Source: an uncultured Spirochaetota bacterium (GTDB lineage Bacteria; Spirochaetota; Brevinematia; Brevinematales; JAOACQ01). From it: a stretch of 64,000 bases of DNA. The number at the start of each line of letters is the position of its first letter. The stretch's first letter is position 1. Shown in pieces: positions 19,226 through 28,904 of this stretch. Position numbers and translations under genes: made by a program. The stretch lies in contig CAWIGG010000002.1 in the NCBI GenBank assembly GCA_963835575.1, forward strand, positions 1,760,001-1,824,000, written 5' to 3'. Below the pieces are notes generated by a model that saw only the letters and a list, made by a program, of their open reading frames with translations, was not told where the DNA came from and did no database searches.

Positions 19226-21619
19226 ATGAAATTTGATATTTTAATTTCTATTCTTGCAGCAATCTGGTTCAGCATGACAGCTCTTTATATAGTCTTTGCG
19301 CGCTCCCGTCTGCCGGCATGGAAAAGCAGTGTTGTACTGCTTCTCGCATGCGCCGAATTGACGCTGTCAAGGGCCATGCTGGGCATCAGCACGGATTATA
19401 CGGCCAGGCTCTTCTGGTATAAAATAAGCTGCGCCGGTTTAACGATCGCGCCGGCGGCCTTTTTGAGCCAGGCTTTTTTTTACAGCGGTATTTCCCGCAG
19501 GCTGCCTTTATTCATATTATTAGGCCTGTGCCTCTTCCCGGCCGCGACCATCGGGATTGTCTTTACCAATGAATTTCACGGCTGGGTCTGGAATCCGGCC
19601 AGTACGGCGCAAATCATTAACTCAATGAATTTGCCTCACCTTACGGATGTGGGATTCTGGTATTGGGTCCTGACTGCATATAACTTCCTGATGATAAGCG
19701 CCGGCTGCTTTATTTTAATCCGTTTAATGGCCCGTTCGCCGGGACTATACTTCCGGCAGGCCGGCAGTATGGTCGCTTCAGCCGTATTTGTCACATTCGG
19801 GATCAGCATGGATATTACCGGAATAAGCCCGCTGCCTCCTTTTACCGCCGCTATTACAGGACTGGCCGTCGGCGGTATAACTTCCGTCTTCGCATTAATT
19901 CCCCTCCGCCGGCAATACATACTTCCCGATGCCCAATACGCCGTTTTCAACAGCATCAGCGACGGCATAATTGTTCTCGACGGCGGCAACCGCATCGTGG
20001 AAATGAACCCGGCCGCCGAAAAACTGCTGGATCAATCGGCGCCGCACTATATATCCAAACCGGCGGAACATCTTCTGCCGGAAATAAAAAATTTCCTCAA
20101 TAGCAGTAAAGTTGAAGACCGGATGATGATTATCGAGCATGAAAGTACGCGGCGGACATTCAACCTGAGATTGACCGCGATCCAGGACTGGAAAAAATCC
20201 ATCGCCAATCAGGTTATAATCATGACCGATATCACCGACAGCAAGCGTGTGGAAGCGGAGCTGAAAGCAGAACGGGAAGCCGAAAAGAATTTTTCCGAAA
20301 AGCTGACCATCCTGGCCGCAGTAACCAACAAACTTTCCAAGACCCATACACTGGATGAATTCTGCCGGCGCGCGGTAGAAGCCGGCCGGGATGAACTGGG
20401 TTTTGACCGCCTGTCCATGTGGTTTGTCAGCGAAGACCGTTCCGACATGATCGGGACATACGGTACAGGCGCAGACGGCCGGACAACCGATGAAAGAAAT
20501 TCCCATTATACAATAGTCCAGACATCGCGATTATGGCCGATCATTCAGGGTAAGGCCGCTCTTCACCGCTTTGAAGAAGCGCCTTTATATCAGGACGGCC
20601 TGCAGATAGGATCCGGTATGCGCGTGGCGGCGGGACTCTGGGACGGCGAAACCGTCATCGGTTTTCTCAGCGTCGATAACCTGATCAACAAACGGCCTTT
20701 TACCGGCCATGACTGCGAGCTGCTGCGCCTTTACGCGCTGGCCTTGGGCCATCTCTGCACTCTCAAGCGCGCGCAGGAGAAGCTGACCAATCTGACCGAA
20801 GCGCTGGAACTGCGTGTGGAAGGGCGCACAGCCGAGCTGCAGCTTGCTAATGAGGACCTGGCGAGGGTCCTCCGCGCGAAAGATGAGTTTCTGGCCTGCA
20901 TTAGCCATGAATTGCGGACTCCCCTCACCAGCATACTCGGTTTGACAGAGATGCTGGCCGATCAAATTTACGGCCCTCTGAACGAAAGCCAGATACAGGC
21001 CCTCCTGACTGTGAACGACAGCAGTCAGCTTCTAATGACGCTTATCAATGATGTCCTCGACATAGCCAAAGCGGAGGCGGGAAAACTCGAGTTGAAAATA
21101 GAGCCGGTTTTCGTACCGGAGGTCTGCATGGCCGGCCAGCGGCTTATTTCCGTACAGGCCGGCATGAAAAAAATCAACCCTGCCCTGAAACTCGACCCGG
21201 CTGTCACAATTCTCTATGCGGATGAACGCCGCCTGAAACAGATACTGGTCAACCTCCTCAGTAACGCCGTCAAATTCACATCCGAAGGCGGCCAGATCGG
21301 CCTGGAAGTTACCGGCGACACTGATAAAAATGAAGTCTATTTTACAGTATGGGATACAGGCGTCGGCATCTCCGCCGATAATCAGACTCGCTTGTTCCAG
21401 CCGTTTGTTCAGGTGGATAACTCAATAGCGCCAACAGCCGGAAGTTCCGGACTGGGACTTTCGATTGTAAAGAGCATGACCGAACTGCATGGAGGCAGGG
21501 TTTCAGTGGAAAGCAAAGGCATTCCCGGACGCGGCAGCCGTTTTATCATTACCCTGCCCTGGAAAACCCGTCCGCAGGAGGAAATCGATCAAGGGCATTT
21601 CCATCCCTCACCAGTTTGA
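19226..21619 (+). CDS. sensor histidine kinase (7TM, PAS, GAF, HisKA, HATPase)
   Basis: FTNEFHGWVW 7TM motif, MNPAA PAS, SHELRTPL, NLLSNAVKFT, DTGVGI, GLGL; ATG 19226 is the likely start. Confidence 0.9.
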   Translation: MKFDILISILAAIWFSMTALYIVFARSRLPAWKSSVVLLLACAELTLSRAMLGISTDYTARLFWYKISCAGLTIAPAAFLSQAFFYSGISRRLPLFILLGLCLFPAATIGIVFTNEFHGWVWNPASTAQIINSMNLPHLTDVGFWYWVLTAYNFLMISAGCFILIRLMARSPGLYFRQAGSMVASAVFVTFGISMDITGISPLPPFTAAITGLAVGGITSVFALIPLRRQYILPDAQYAVFNSISDGIIVLDGGNRIVEMNPAAEKLLDQSAPHYISKPAEHLLPEIKNFLNSSKVEDRMMIIEHESTRRTFNLRLTAIQDWKKSIANQVIIMTDITDSKRVEAELKAEREAEKNFSEKLTILAAVTNKLSKTHTLDEFCRRAVEAGRDELGFDRLSMWFVSEDRSDMIGTYGTGADGRTTDERNSHYTIVQTSRLWPIIQGKAALHRFEEAPLYQDGLQIGSGMRVAAGLWDGETVIGFLSVDNLINKRPFTGHDCELLRLYALALGHLCTLKRAQEKLTNLTEALELRVEGRTAELQLANEDLARVLRAKDEFLACISHELRTPLTSILGLTEMLADQIYGPLNESQIQALLTVNDSSQLLMTLINDVLDIAKAEAGKLELKIEPVFVPEVCMAGQRLISVQAGMKKINPALKLDPAVTILYADERRLKQILVNLLSNAVKFTSEGGQIGLEVTGDTDKNEVYFTVWDTGVGISADNQTRLFQPFVQVDNSIAPTAGSSGLGLSIVKSMTELHGGRVSVESKGIPGRGSRFIITLPWKTRPQEEIDQGHFHPSPV

Positions 21620-21666
21620 TTGCTCCTCAAGTTCAGCCTGACAAACTGGTGAGGGATGGAAATGCC
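21594..21666. repeat. 25-bp perfect inverted repeat (REP-like palindrome)
   Basis: GGCATTTCCATCCCTCACCAGTTTG / CAAACTGGTGAGGGATGGAAATGCC; the core recurs at 62100-62151. Confidence 0.9.
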
Positions 21667-21750
21667 TAAAATCTTATACCTGAAGAATAAGATGTTCTAA
21701 ATTCCTTAATGTTTTGTTGGTTTTTAGAACTGCCCTCAATATAGAGTCGA

Positions 21751-22158
21751 GTGAGCAGACAAATGATTAATATCTATCAATTCCTGAATATTTTCTTCCT
21801 TATTTTTCATACGGGCCTTGTCCTGTTTAATATCTTCGGCTGGATCCCCCGGAAAACCAGGCTTTATAATCTGATCACCCAGTCGCTGACCGCTTTTTCA
21901 TGGTTCATACTGGGCATATGGTACGGATGGGGGTACTGCTTCTGCACGGACTGGCACTGGCAGGTACGGGAAGCGCTGGGTTATAAAGATATCTCGAATT
22001 CATACATCCATTTTCTGCTTCTTCAATATACCGGAATAAATTTTCCGGAGAATCTCGTCATGGCCGCGACACTGGCCGTTTTTCTTTTAAGTTTCTCTAT
22101 GAGTATCATTTTAAATATCAGAAATTTTTTTAAAAGAAAAAATAAACAAAGCCAATAA
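21751..22158 (+). CDS. DUF2784-like membrane protein
   Basis: FHTGLVLFN..GW and YGWGYCFCTDWHW motifs. Confidence 0.75.
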   Translation: MSRQMINIYQFLNIFFLIFHTGLVLFNIFGWIPRKTRLYNLITQSLTAFSWFILGIWYGWGYCFCTDWHWQVREALGYKDISNSYIHFLLLQYTGINFPENLVMAATLAVFLLSFSMSIILNIRNFFKRKNKQSQ

Positions 22159-22214
22159 CACTATTAATGTATTAACCTTTATTGAGCCGGTTTCATTTAT
22201 TAAATAAATTTTAA

Positions 22215-22283
22215 TCTTCGCGTTCATTCGCGTGCATTAGCGGACTATCCGGTCTTCCGCTAAGCCACGCGAAGACACGCTAA
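22215..22283. repeat. back-to-back copies of the two arms of the 9494-9600 element
   Basis: TCTTCGCGTTCATTCGCGTGCATTAGCGGACTATCC|GGTCTTCCGCTAAGCCACGCGAAGACACGCTAA. Confidence 0.8.
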
Positions 22284-22436
22284 TATAAATTTTGAATTTC
22301 ACAATTCCGGCGGAAGCTTGCTCATGAATATTTGTTAGATCATTAACCAGTTTAATTTTTTCATGAATATTCATATAGATTTATAATTTTTACAAAAGAG
22401 TTGATTTTGCAGATATGAAATTCAATACTTCTATTA

Positions 22437-23396
22437 TCAATCGCCTTTCTCCACAAGAAAGGTCAATATCCCCGCCGGGAAACCGCCGTACTCTGCCTTA
22501 TAATAATTCATATGATTTTTAGAGTCGCGCTCTAACCTGAACTCAAGATTGCTGAGAAAATGCGGCAGATACCACATGTCAAATATAAGAAACTTATCAT
22601 GAAAATCCATTGTTTGAATTTTAATGTCCAGAATAAAATCAGGGGATAAATTCCATGTCAGAGCCGGATAAAACAAATAATCAAAACCGACCACGGCCTT
22701 ATTCATATCAATACCTCCGTACCGTGTCGATCTTTCATTGACAAACAGTCCCTGCCGATACCGGATGGAAAGGCTGTTCGTCCCTGGCTGTATATTAAGA
22801 TTAAAAGCCAGTGTTTTAAAACGGCTCTGAGCCGGATCGTTTGAATAATCGAAACGGGAAACAAATTTCTGGAGCCGGTAATCGCCGGGGTCCAGATTTT
22901 TTAAACTTTCAAGCCAGACATCGTTTTCAGGAAGAATATTACCTTGCAAGAAGATATTTTTCGCCGAATTGATAAACCAGTCGTACTCCTTTCCCTTCCA
23001 GGCAATTCGGTGTTCCGATAGTTTTATCAGAAATTCCTTTCCGGCCGCGTTATCCGTTTTATATTGCGCGGACAGGGCTGTTCCATTCAAATAAACATCC
23101 GCCTTTTCCACATTCACTCCCAGGAAAGCCGCCGGCATGTCGATTACCATTTTTGAACCGTTCAGAATAATATATTCAATATCGAAAGTCACTTTACCGT
23201 TTAAAGCGGATGCGCCGTTCATATCAAATTCAGGAAAAAGAGCCTTAATTTCTTCATGAATCAGATATATATTTGAAAGGCTGGGATTGACTTTGGCGAC
23301 GCCGCTGAAATATTGATCAATGTAATAGGGAGCCCGGACATTCGCGAATCCATAAAGAGAAAAAAAGACAAATAAAATACTAAAAATTCTACGCAT
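22437..23396 (-). CDS. secreted hypothetical protein
   Basis: Signal peptide ending GFA-N; 319-aa ORF with RBS. Confidence 0.75.
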   Translation of the reverse strand: MRRIFSILFVFFSLYGFANVRAPYYIDQYFSGVAKVNPSLSNIYLIHEEIKALFPEFDMNGASALNGKVTFDIEYIILNGSKMVIDMPAAFLGVNVEKADVYLNGTALSAQYKTDNAAGKEFLIKLSEHRIAWKGKEYDWFINSAKNIFLQGNILPENDVWLESLKNLDPGDYRLQKFVSRFDYSNDPAQSRFKTLAFNLNIQPGTNSLSIRYRQGLFVNERSTRYGGIDMNKAVVGFDYLFYPALTWNLSPDFILDIKIQTMDFHDKFLIFDMWYLPHFLSNLEFRLERDSKNHMNYYKAEYGGFPAGILTFLVEKGD

Positions 23397-23445
23397 ATAC
23401 TTCTTTCCTTTATACTTTTTTATAAAGCGCGTAGCCTTGAGAAGT

Positions 23446-23694
23446 TTATCCTTTTACAGAGTGCCAGGCCGGAAGTCTGCTCATCATAGTCCTGGCCGCT
23501 TCCCTGGCCGCTTTTCTATCAAAGCCCTGGGTTTTAATAATAAATCCGGTCATACCTTCAAGTTTCTCATCGTAAGATTGCATACTTCCGTCCGGCCGGG
23601 CGCAATGGATGCAATAATCTTTCGAACCATCACCCATTGCAAAATCTTCCGTTTTAACCATCGGCATTCCGCATGCGATACAGATTTTCATCAT
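23446..23694 (-). CDS. zinc-ribbon domain protein
   Basis: CIACGMPM...DYCIHC motif, C-terminal LPAW. Confidence 0.85.
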   Translation of the reverse strand: MMKICIACGMPMVKTEDFAMGDGSKDYCIHCARPDGSMQSYDEKLEGMTGFIIKTQGFDRKAAREAARTMMSRLPAWHSVKG

Positions 23695-23715
23695 TCCCTC
23701 TCCTTTGATTTTTAT

Positions 23716-24084
23716 TTATTTGCTGGTAAAAGAATAATCCGTAATTCCCATTCTGTTGCCGAAAGGGTCTTCAAACTCAACAGCCATGCCGGTCCTTATC
23801 CGGAAAGGTTCCGATATAAATTTTACTCCTTTCTTCTTCATATTGAGATATTCCTGCACAACATTAAGAACGACAAACCAGATTGCCGGCTTGATATCTT
23901 GAAATTTGTTCCGGTCTTTCAATATAATCGCCGGTTCCTGTTCTCCCACCTTGAAAGCTATCATTCCCTGCGGCGAAAAATCGAACTTGACGGGCATTCC
24001 GAGGATATTTTTATAATATTCCTTTGCAACATTCAAATCATTAACCGGTAGGAAAAAGTTATCATAATTTTGCATGAAATTCAC
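23716..24084 (-). CDS. VOC/glyoxalase family protein
   Basis: V.DLNVAKEYY..ILG and FEDPFGNRM motifs. Confidence 0.9.
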   Translation of the reverse strand: MNFMQNYDNFFLPVNDLNVAKEYYKNILGMPVKFDFSPQGMIAFKVGEQEPAIILKDRNKFQDIKPAIWFVVLNVVQEYLNMKKKGVKFISEPFRIRTGMAVEFEDPFGNRMGITDYSFTSK

Positions 24085-24103
24085 CTCCTTTATTTTATTA
24101 TTT

Positions 24104-24826
24104 TTAATGATTTACAAAGTCCGCGAGCATCTTATCAACCCATTTTTTATCCATTACCTGTAAGCGATTCTTTTTTAAGTTTTCTTTGACTATCCATTTA
24201 ATATGTTTATTTTTATTTTCAGCTATTTCTTCAAAAGCAGCCTTTCCTTCTTCCGGCAGCGAAGTAATCGCCACACTCCAGCCATAACCCAGGGTTTTTC
24301 GTAAAGAATTCAGATCGCCGGAAATTTTTGCTTCATCTTTCCCGAACTCTAGTGTCAACCGGGTAAGAATTTTTAAAACTCTGACAATAACGGATTTCTC
24401 TTTTAATAATTTTGGTTCGCATAAGGCTGCAGCCACTGCGCGCTTTTCCAGATCATTTCCGTCCAACCATTTTTCAAGATTATCAATAATATTATCCATA
24501 TTTTTGTCCGCAATCTCCTGTATCCCGATCGCAACGGCTTCTCTTATTCTCCAGCTTTTATGAGAAGCATAACCCCTGATTTTTTTAATAGCAACTTCCA
24601 GGTTATTCCGTTTCAGGATACAATACCCGACTATTCCGCATACAGCCGCAAACTCTTCCGGAGAGTTTTCAAGATTGTCATTATAAAATGACAAGCATTC
24701 ATTTACTTCATTTTCGGCGGCGCTATGGGCAAATGAATACAGAAGCGTCAGATTCCCTCTTGGCCCGGGTAGTCCTGAGTTTTTTAAAAGATTTTCAATT
24801 GTTTTCGTCATCCGCCGGTACCTCAC
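24104..24826 (-). CDS. HEAT-repeat protein
   Basis: SGLPGPRGNL, WRIREAVA, LRKTLGYGWSVA, WIVKENLKKNRL. Confidence 0.75.
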   Translation of the reverse strand: MRYRRMTKTIENLLKNSGLPGPRGNLTLLYSFAHSAAENEVNECLSFYNDNLENSPEEFAAVCGIVGYCILKRNNLEVAIKKIRGYASHKSWRIREAVAIGIQEIADKNMDNIIDNLEKWLDGNDLEKRAVAAALCEPKLLKEKSVIVRVLKILTRLTLEFGKDEAKISGDLNSLRKTLGYGWSVAITSLPEEGKAAFEEIAENKNKHIKWIVKENLKKNRLQVMDKKWVDKMLADFVNH

Positions 24827-24832
24827 ATTTAA

Positions 24833-25420
24833 TTATAGGCTTATCAGGCTAATATAATGATTGAGCAATTCTTCTCTATACTTTATCAGGACAGAACCTC
24901 CACCTGAAAACATCTCTCCATTTTCCAGATAGTAATGGATCAGACCAATCCAGGTATTAAAAAGCAAGTACAGGGGAATTCGGCGGATTTTTCCGGCCGC
25001 TATTTCCCGTTCAGCGGCCTGGCTTAAATGGAATGAAATGGCCGATTGGATCATTACTAGAGCATTCCGGGCTTCCGCCGGAAGTAAAGGTCCTTCAATT
25101 ACCAGTTTCGTATAAAAGGATTCATATTCAATCAAACCATTTAAATGTGCATCCAGAACTTCCCGGATTGTACTGCCCTTGGCGGCTAATTCATGAATAC
25201 GCCCGGTAATTCTTTGGCCGAACTCCTGGATGACCATGTTCAACAAAGCTTCCCTTGTCGGAAAATGGGCAAAAAGAGTCCCATGGGCAACCCCTGCTGC
25301 ATCTGCGATGTCATAAGTTTTGACAGTTGATATTCCATCCCGTGCGAATAGATCAAACGCTGTCTCAACAAGGCGTCTTTTGGTTTGTTCTTTTTGCTTC
25401 CGGCGTTTCGATTTAGCCAT
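24833..25420 (-). CDS. TetR/AcrR family regulator
   Basis: IADAAGVAHGTLFAHFPTREAL HTH; ATG 25420 with GGAG RBS. Confidence 0.95.
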   Translation of the reverse strand: MAKSKRRKQKEQTKRRLVETAFDLFARDGISTVKTYDIADAAGVAHGTLFAHFPTREALLNMVIQEFGQRITGRIHELAAKGSTIREVLDAHLNGLIEYESFYTKLVIEGPLLPAEARNALVMIQSAISFHLSQAAEREIAAGKIRRIPLYLLFNTWIGLIHYYLENGEMFSGGGSVLIKYREELLNHYISLISL

Positions 25421-25426
25421 TTTAAT

Positions 25427-25483
25427 TGACTCCATACTCATTGAGTTATTACTCATTATAATGAAAAACGCTTTTTCTGTCAA
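25427..25483 (-). promoter_or_regulatory. consensus sigma70 promoter with tandem TetR-type operators
   Basis: TTGACA (25483-25478), 17 nt, TATAAT (25460-25455). Palindromes TGAGT-TATT-ACTCA and TGACT-CCAT-ACTCA overlap the -10/+1 region. Confidence 0.8.
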
Positions 25484-25524
25484 CCATTTTTTATATTTTT
25501 TTTGTCCGTCTGTTTATCTCTGTC

Positions 25525-25553
25525 TTGACAAAAATAAGGCCGGTGTATAGAAT
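25525..25553 (+). promoter_or_regulatory. divergent sigma70 promoter
   Basis: TTGACA-17-TAGAAT. Confidence 0.65.
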
Positions 25554-25581
25554 ATGCCTTAATATTATCAGGGGTTAAAAA

Positions 25582-25899
25582 TTGCTGATTTTAAAAATAG
25601 TCCGGCCCTTAATCATATCAGCCGGTTTTTTTATTCTTGTTTACTGCTTTTTGAGGCTTTTCTATTTTCCCGTCACATCAGCCATAGTCGCTTTTGTTCT
25701 TTTTATTCTTTCCTTTATTATTATTTTATTTTTCAATTCGAGAAAATCCGTCAAGGTCATGGTTGACAGACCGGTCCCCTGCCCCTACTGCGGTCATGAG
25801 ATCGAAGCCGCTTTTATTAACGGCAAGCTGGCCATGAGCCTGAAATGCCCAGGCTGCGGCAGGCAGATCAATGAAAACCGGATCAAGCCTGTTGTATAA
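25582..25899 (+). CDS. small membrane protein with C-terminal zinc ribbon
   Basis: Two TM segments, CPYC...CPGC. Confidence 0.7.
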   Translation: MLILKIVRPLIISAGFFILVYCFLRLFYFPVTSAIVAFVLFILSFIIILFFNSRKSVKVMVDRPVPCPYCGHEIEAAFINGKLAMSLKCPGCGRQINENRIKPVV

Positions 25900-26076
25900 A
25901 ATCTATAATTTATACTTTTTTAAAGTTAATAAAATTCATCTTTTATTTTTAAAATTATGCCTTCGTATTTATTTGTTCAAAAAAAAACCTTTCTTTATAA
26001 TTAAGAAAACCAAATCTTATATTTAATATTTTTCTTAGATCATTCTTAATTTCCCAGAGACTGTGAGGTATTTTTT

Positions 26077-28503
26077 ATGTATATACCCGGCTGTTCATGG
26101 CAGATACCTGTGCATTATAAAAGGAAAAAGATCCCAAAGCCTATCCGTCTGCCCCTGAATCTTTTATTGAGTATTTCCGGATTGATCGTCAAATTCATCC
26201 GTTTTTCCATGCGTCAGCGTAAAAATCATGAAGGCGGAAGCTTTATCTTTTCCGCCGGCGGCGATAGTGCTGAACAGGGCGTTTCCATCGGCGGGCTCGG
26301 CGCCGGAACGATCGGCAGGACATACCGCGGGAATTTCGGCAGGTGGCAGCTTTATCCCGGAAAAAGGAATAACAAAACCGTTTTTGCCGATCAGTTTCAT
26401 ATCAGGATAAAAGCGCCCGGCCGAAAATATTGCGCCGTACTCAGTCCCGACAAACCGGAAAAAGGTCTGGAAAGCTGGAACTGGGGAATGAAAGATATCA
26501 AGGCCGTTTATTACGCGCTCTATCCCAGGGCCTGGACGGTTTATAAAATTCCGGGATTTGAATTAGATATTAACTGCGCCCAGATAACACCCTTTATCCC
26601 GGATAATTATAAAGAAAGTTCTTACCCATGCGGAGTCTTTCTCTGGGAATTGACCAGTCATGAAAAAGAAGATATAGAATTAAGCCTGATGCTGACCTGG
26701 GAAAACAACGACGGCGCCGGCGTGGAAAAATCGGGCGGGCATGAAAACCTGGCCTCTTCCATTTCGAAAAAAGGCCGCAAAGTCCGCGGTGTGACTCTGA
26801 AACAAAATACCGCCGGTACTGCTAAGGGACCTGCTGCATTCTTTATAGGCGCTGAGGAAAACAGGAGTGTTTCCATCAGCCTCCTGGACCGCTTTGATAC
26901 CGGCTCTGATGGAAATTCCGTCCTTAAAGATTTTAATAAAAACGGAAGGCTGACGGATTCTCATAAAGCCCGTCCTTCACTTAAAGGAGAAACCATCGGC
27001 GCCGCTGTCTGCGCTTCATTCAGAATACCGGCCGGAAAAACCGTCTCCGTGCCGTTCGTCATAGCCTGGGACATTCCGCTTACCGCGTTCGGGAGCGGCC
27101 GGCAATGGTACAGGCGGTACACAAAATTCTTCGGTAAAGACGGGAAGAATATTCTTAAAATCGCCCTCGAGGCCTTTGAAAAATACAGGGAATGGGAAAA
27201 GGCCATAGACGGATTCCAGAAACCAGTCATTGAAAATAAAATTATCCCGGCCTGGCTTAAAACAGCGCTTTTGAACGAGCTGTACTATCTCGCTGACGGC
27301 GGCACATTCTGGGACAACGGCGAAGTAAATCCGGATAAAACTTCCCTCGTGAAATATGAACTGGGCGATATCCGTCATTTCGGCTATCTGGAATGTTTCG
27401 ATTATGATATGGTCAATACGTTCGATGTTCATTTTTATTCCAGTTTCGCCCTGGCGCAGACTTTTCCAATGCTTCAGAAATCGCTCATCCGTGATTTCGC
27501 GAAAAGCGTCCTGGCGGAAGACGCGGAAATGCGTCCGACAGTGCTCGATAAAAAACCGGTCATGCGGAAGCCTGCCGGAGTTTGCCCGCATGATCTCGGG
27601 TCGCCGAGGTTCGACCCCTATTTCAAGATCAATCATTATGATTTTCATGACTCCAGCTACTGGAAGGATCTGAACACTAAATTTGTCATTCAGGTCTATT
27701 ATGAAATACTGCGTGAACCAAAAGATGCCGCCTTCCTGAAAACTTGCTGGCCTGCCGTAGAAGCTTCCCTCAGGCACATGGAGCAGTTTGACTTCGACAG
27801 CGACGGCATTCCTGAAAACACGGGCTATCCCGACCAGACATACGACAGCTGGACAATGAAAGGACTTTCTTCCTACTGCGGCGGGCTCTGGGTCACAGCC
27901 AACGCAGCGGCCGCCCGTATGGCCGGAATGATAAAAGATAAAACAAAAGCCCGCTTCTACAGCGAAAGAACTGAAAAAGCGAAAGAAGCATTTGAAAAAA
28001 AGCTTTTTAACGGCAAATATTATCTGTTCGATTCCGTTCCGTCAAACAGAAATATTATCTTTGCCGACCAGCTCTGCGGCGAATTCTGGGCAAGGGTCCT
28101 GGGGCTCTCCGAAGCCAGGCTCAACCCCGGCCATGTCAAGAGCTCCCTAAAAACCATCTACGAATATAACGTGAAGAAATTCGGAAAAGGAAAGCTCGGT
28201 GCCGTGAACGGTATGCTGATAAGCGGTAAAATCGATAACCGGAATATGCAGTCCAGGGAAGCCTGGACGGGGACTTCTTACGCCCTTGCCGCTCTGATGA
28301 TGACAGAGGGCATGTATGGGGAAGCATATCAGACAGCACAGGGCGTTTATGACACGACCTATAACTACGGCTACGCTTTCCGAACGCCCGAAGCCTGGGA
28401 CAGGCACAGGAATTACCGGGCCACGCAGTATATGCGCCCGCTTGCGGTATGGGCCATATGGGATGTTCTTTTTAATAAACGGTTGAAAAATAAAATAAGG
28501 TAA
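26077..28503 (+). CDS. GH116 (GBA2-like) beta-glucosidase / glucosylceramidase
   Basis: GGLGAGTIGR, DNYKESSYP, NELYYL, YLECFDY, PHDLG, WKDLN, PDQTYD, FRTPEA, YMRPLA. Confidence 0.92.
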   Translation: MYIPGCSWQIPVHYKRKKIPKPIRLPLNLLLSISGLIVKFIRFSMRQRKNHEGGSFIFSAGGDSAEQGVSIGGLGAGTIGRTYRGNFGRWQLYPGKRNNKTVFADQFHIRIKAPGRKYCAVLSPDKPEKGLESWNWGMKDIKAVYYALYPRAWTVYKIPGFELDINCAQITPFIPDNYKESSYPCGVFLWELTSHEKEDIELSLMLTWENNDGAGVEKSGGHENLASSISKKGRKVRGVTLKQNTAGTAKGPAAFFIGAEENRSVSISLLDRFDTGSDGNSVLKDFNKNGRLTDSHKARPSLKGETIGAAVCASFRIPAGKTVSVPFVIAWDIPLTAFGSGRQWYRRYTKFFGKDGKNILKIALEAFEKYREWEKAIDGFQKPVIENKIIPAWLKTALLNELYYLADGGTFWDNGEVNPDKTSLVKYELGDIRHFGYLECFDYDMVNTFDVHFYSSFALAQTFPMLQKSLIRDFAKSVLAEDAEMRPTVLDKKPVMRKPAGVCPHDLGSPRFDPYFKINHYDFHDSSYWKDLNTKFVIQVYYEILREPKDAAFLKTCWPAVEASLRHMEQFDFDSDGIPENTGYPDQTYDSWTMKGLSSYCGGLWVTANAAAARMAGMIKDKTKARFYSERTEKAKEAFEKKLFNGKYYLFDSVPSNRNIIFADQLCGEFWARVLGLSEARLNPGHVKSSLKTIYEYNVKKFGKGKLGAVNGMLISGKIDNRNMQSREAWTGTSYALAALMMTEGMYGEAYQTAQGVYDTTYNYGYAFRTPEAWDRHRNYRATQYMRPLAVWAIWDVLFNKRLKNKIR

Positions 28504-28523
28504 TTAACCCGGGATTGGAATTT

Positions 28524-28778
28524 CACCATAGAAGCACGGAGAACACGAAGTGGTATCTTTTTATTTATTGCCTTAGGTGAGTGAATATAAAACTAAAATT
28601 ATGCGGCCTGGTTATTCTGATCCGATTCTGCACATGGATGACGCGGATTTGACGGATTAACGCGGATATTTCAAGAAAGGTTAAACGGGAAAAGAAACGG
28701 AGAACGGAATAAAAACCATTATAAAAAGAATCCATGAAAATCTGAGTCATCCGTGTTATCCGCATGATGAATCGGGTA
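28524..28778. repeat. 9-nt periodic repeat arms forming an imperfect inverted pair
   Basis: ATGGATGACGCGGATTTGACGGATTAACGCGGAT ... AATCCATGAAAATCTGAGTCATCCGTGTTATCCGC, bounded by CCGATT/AATCGG. Confidence 0.7.
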
Positions 28779-28904
28779 TTATAAAAAGGGATGTTTAATG
28801 ATATGTTATAATCTGAATATTAATAATTACTTTTTATTATTTAGAACCAAAAGTTTTCAATGAGGAATATTTTACATAACCAGTGATAATTTCAGGAGGA
28901 TATT

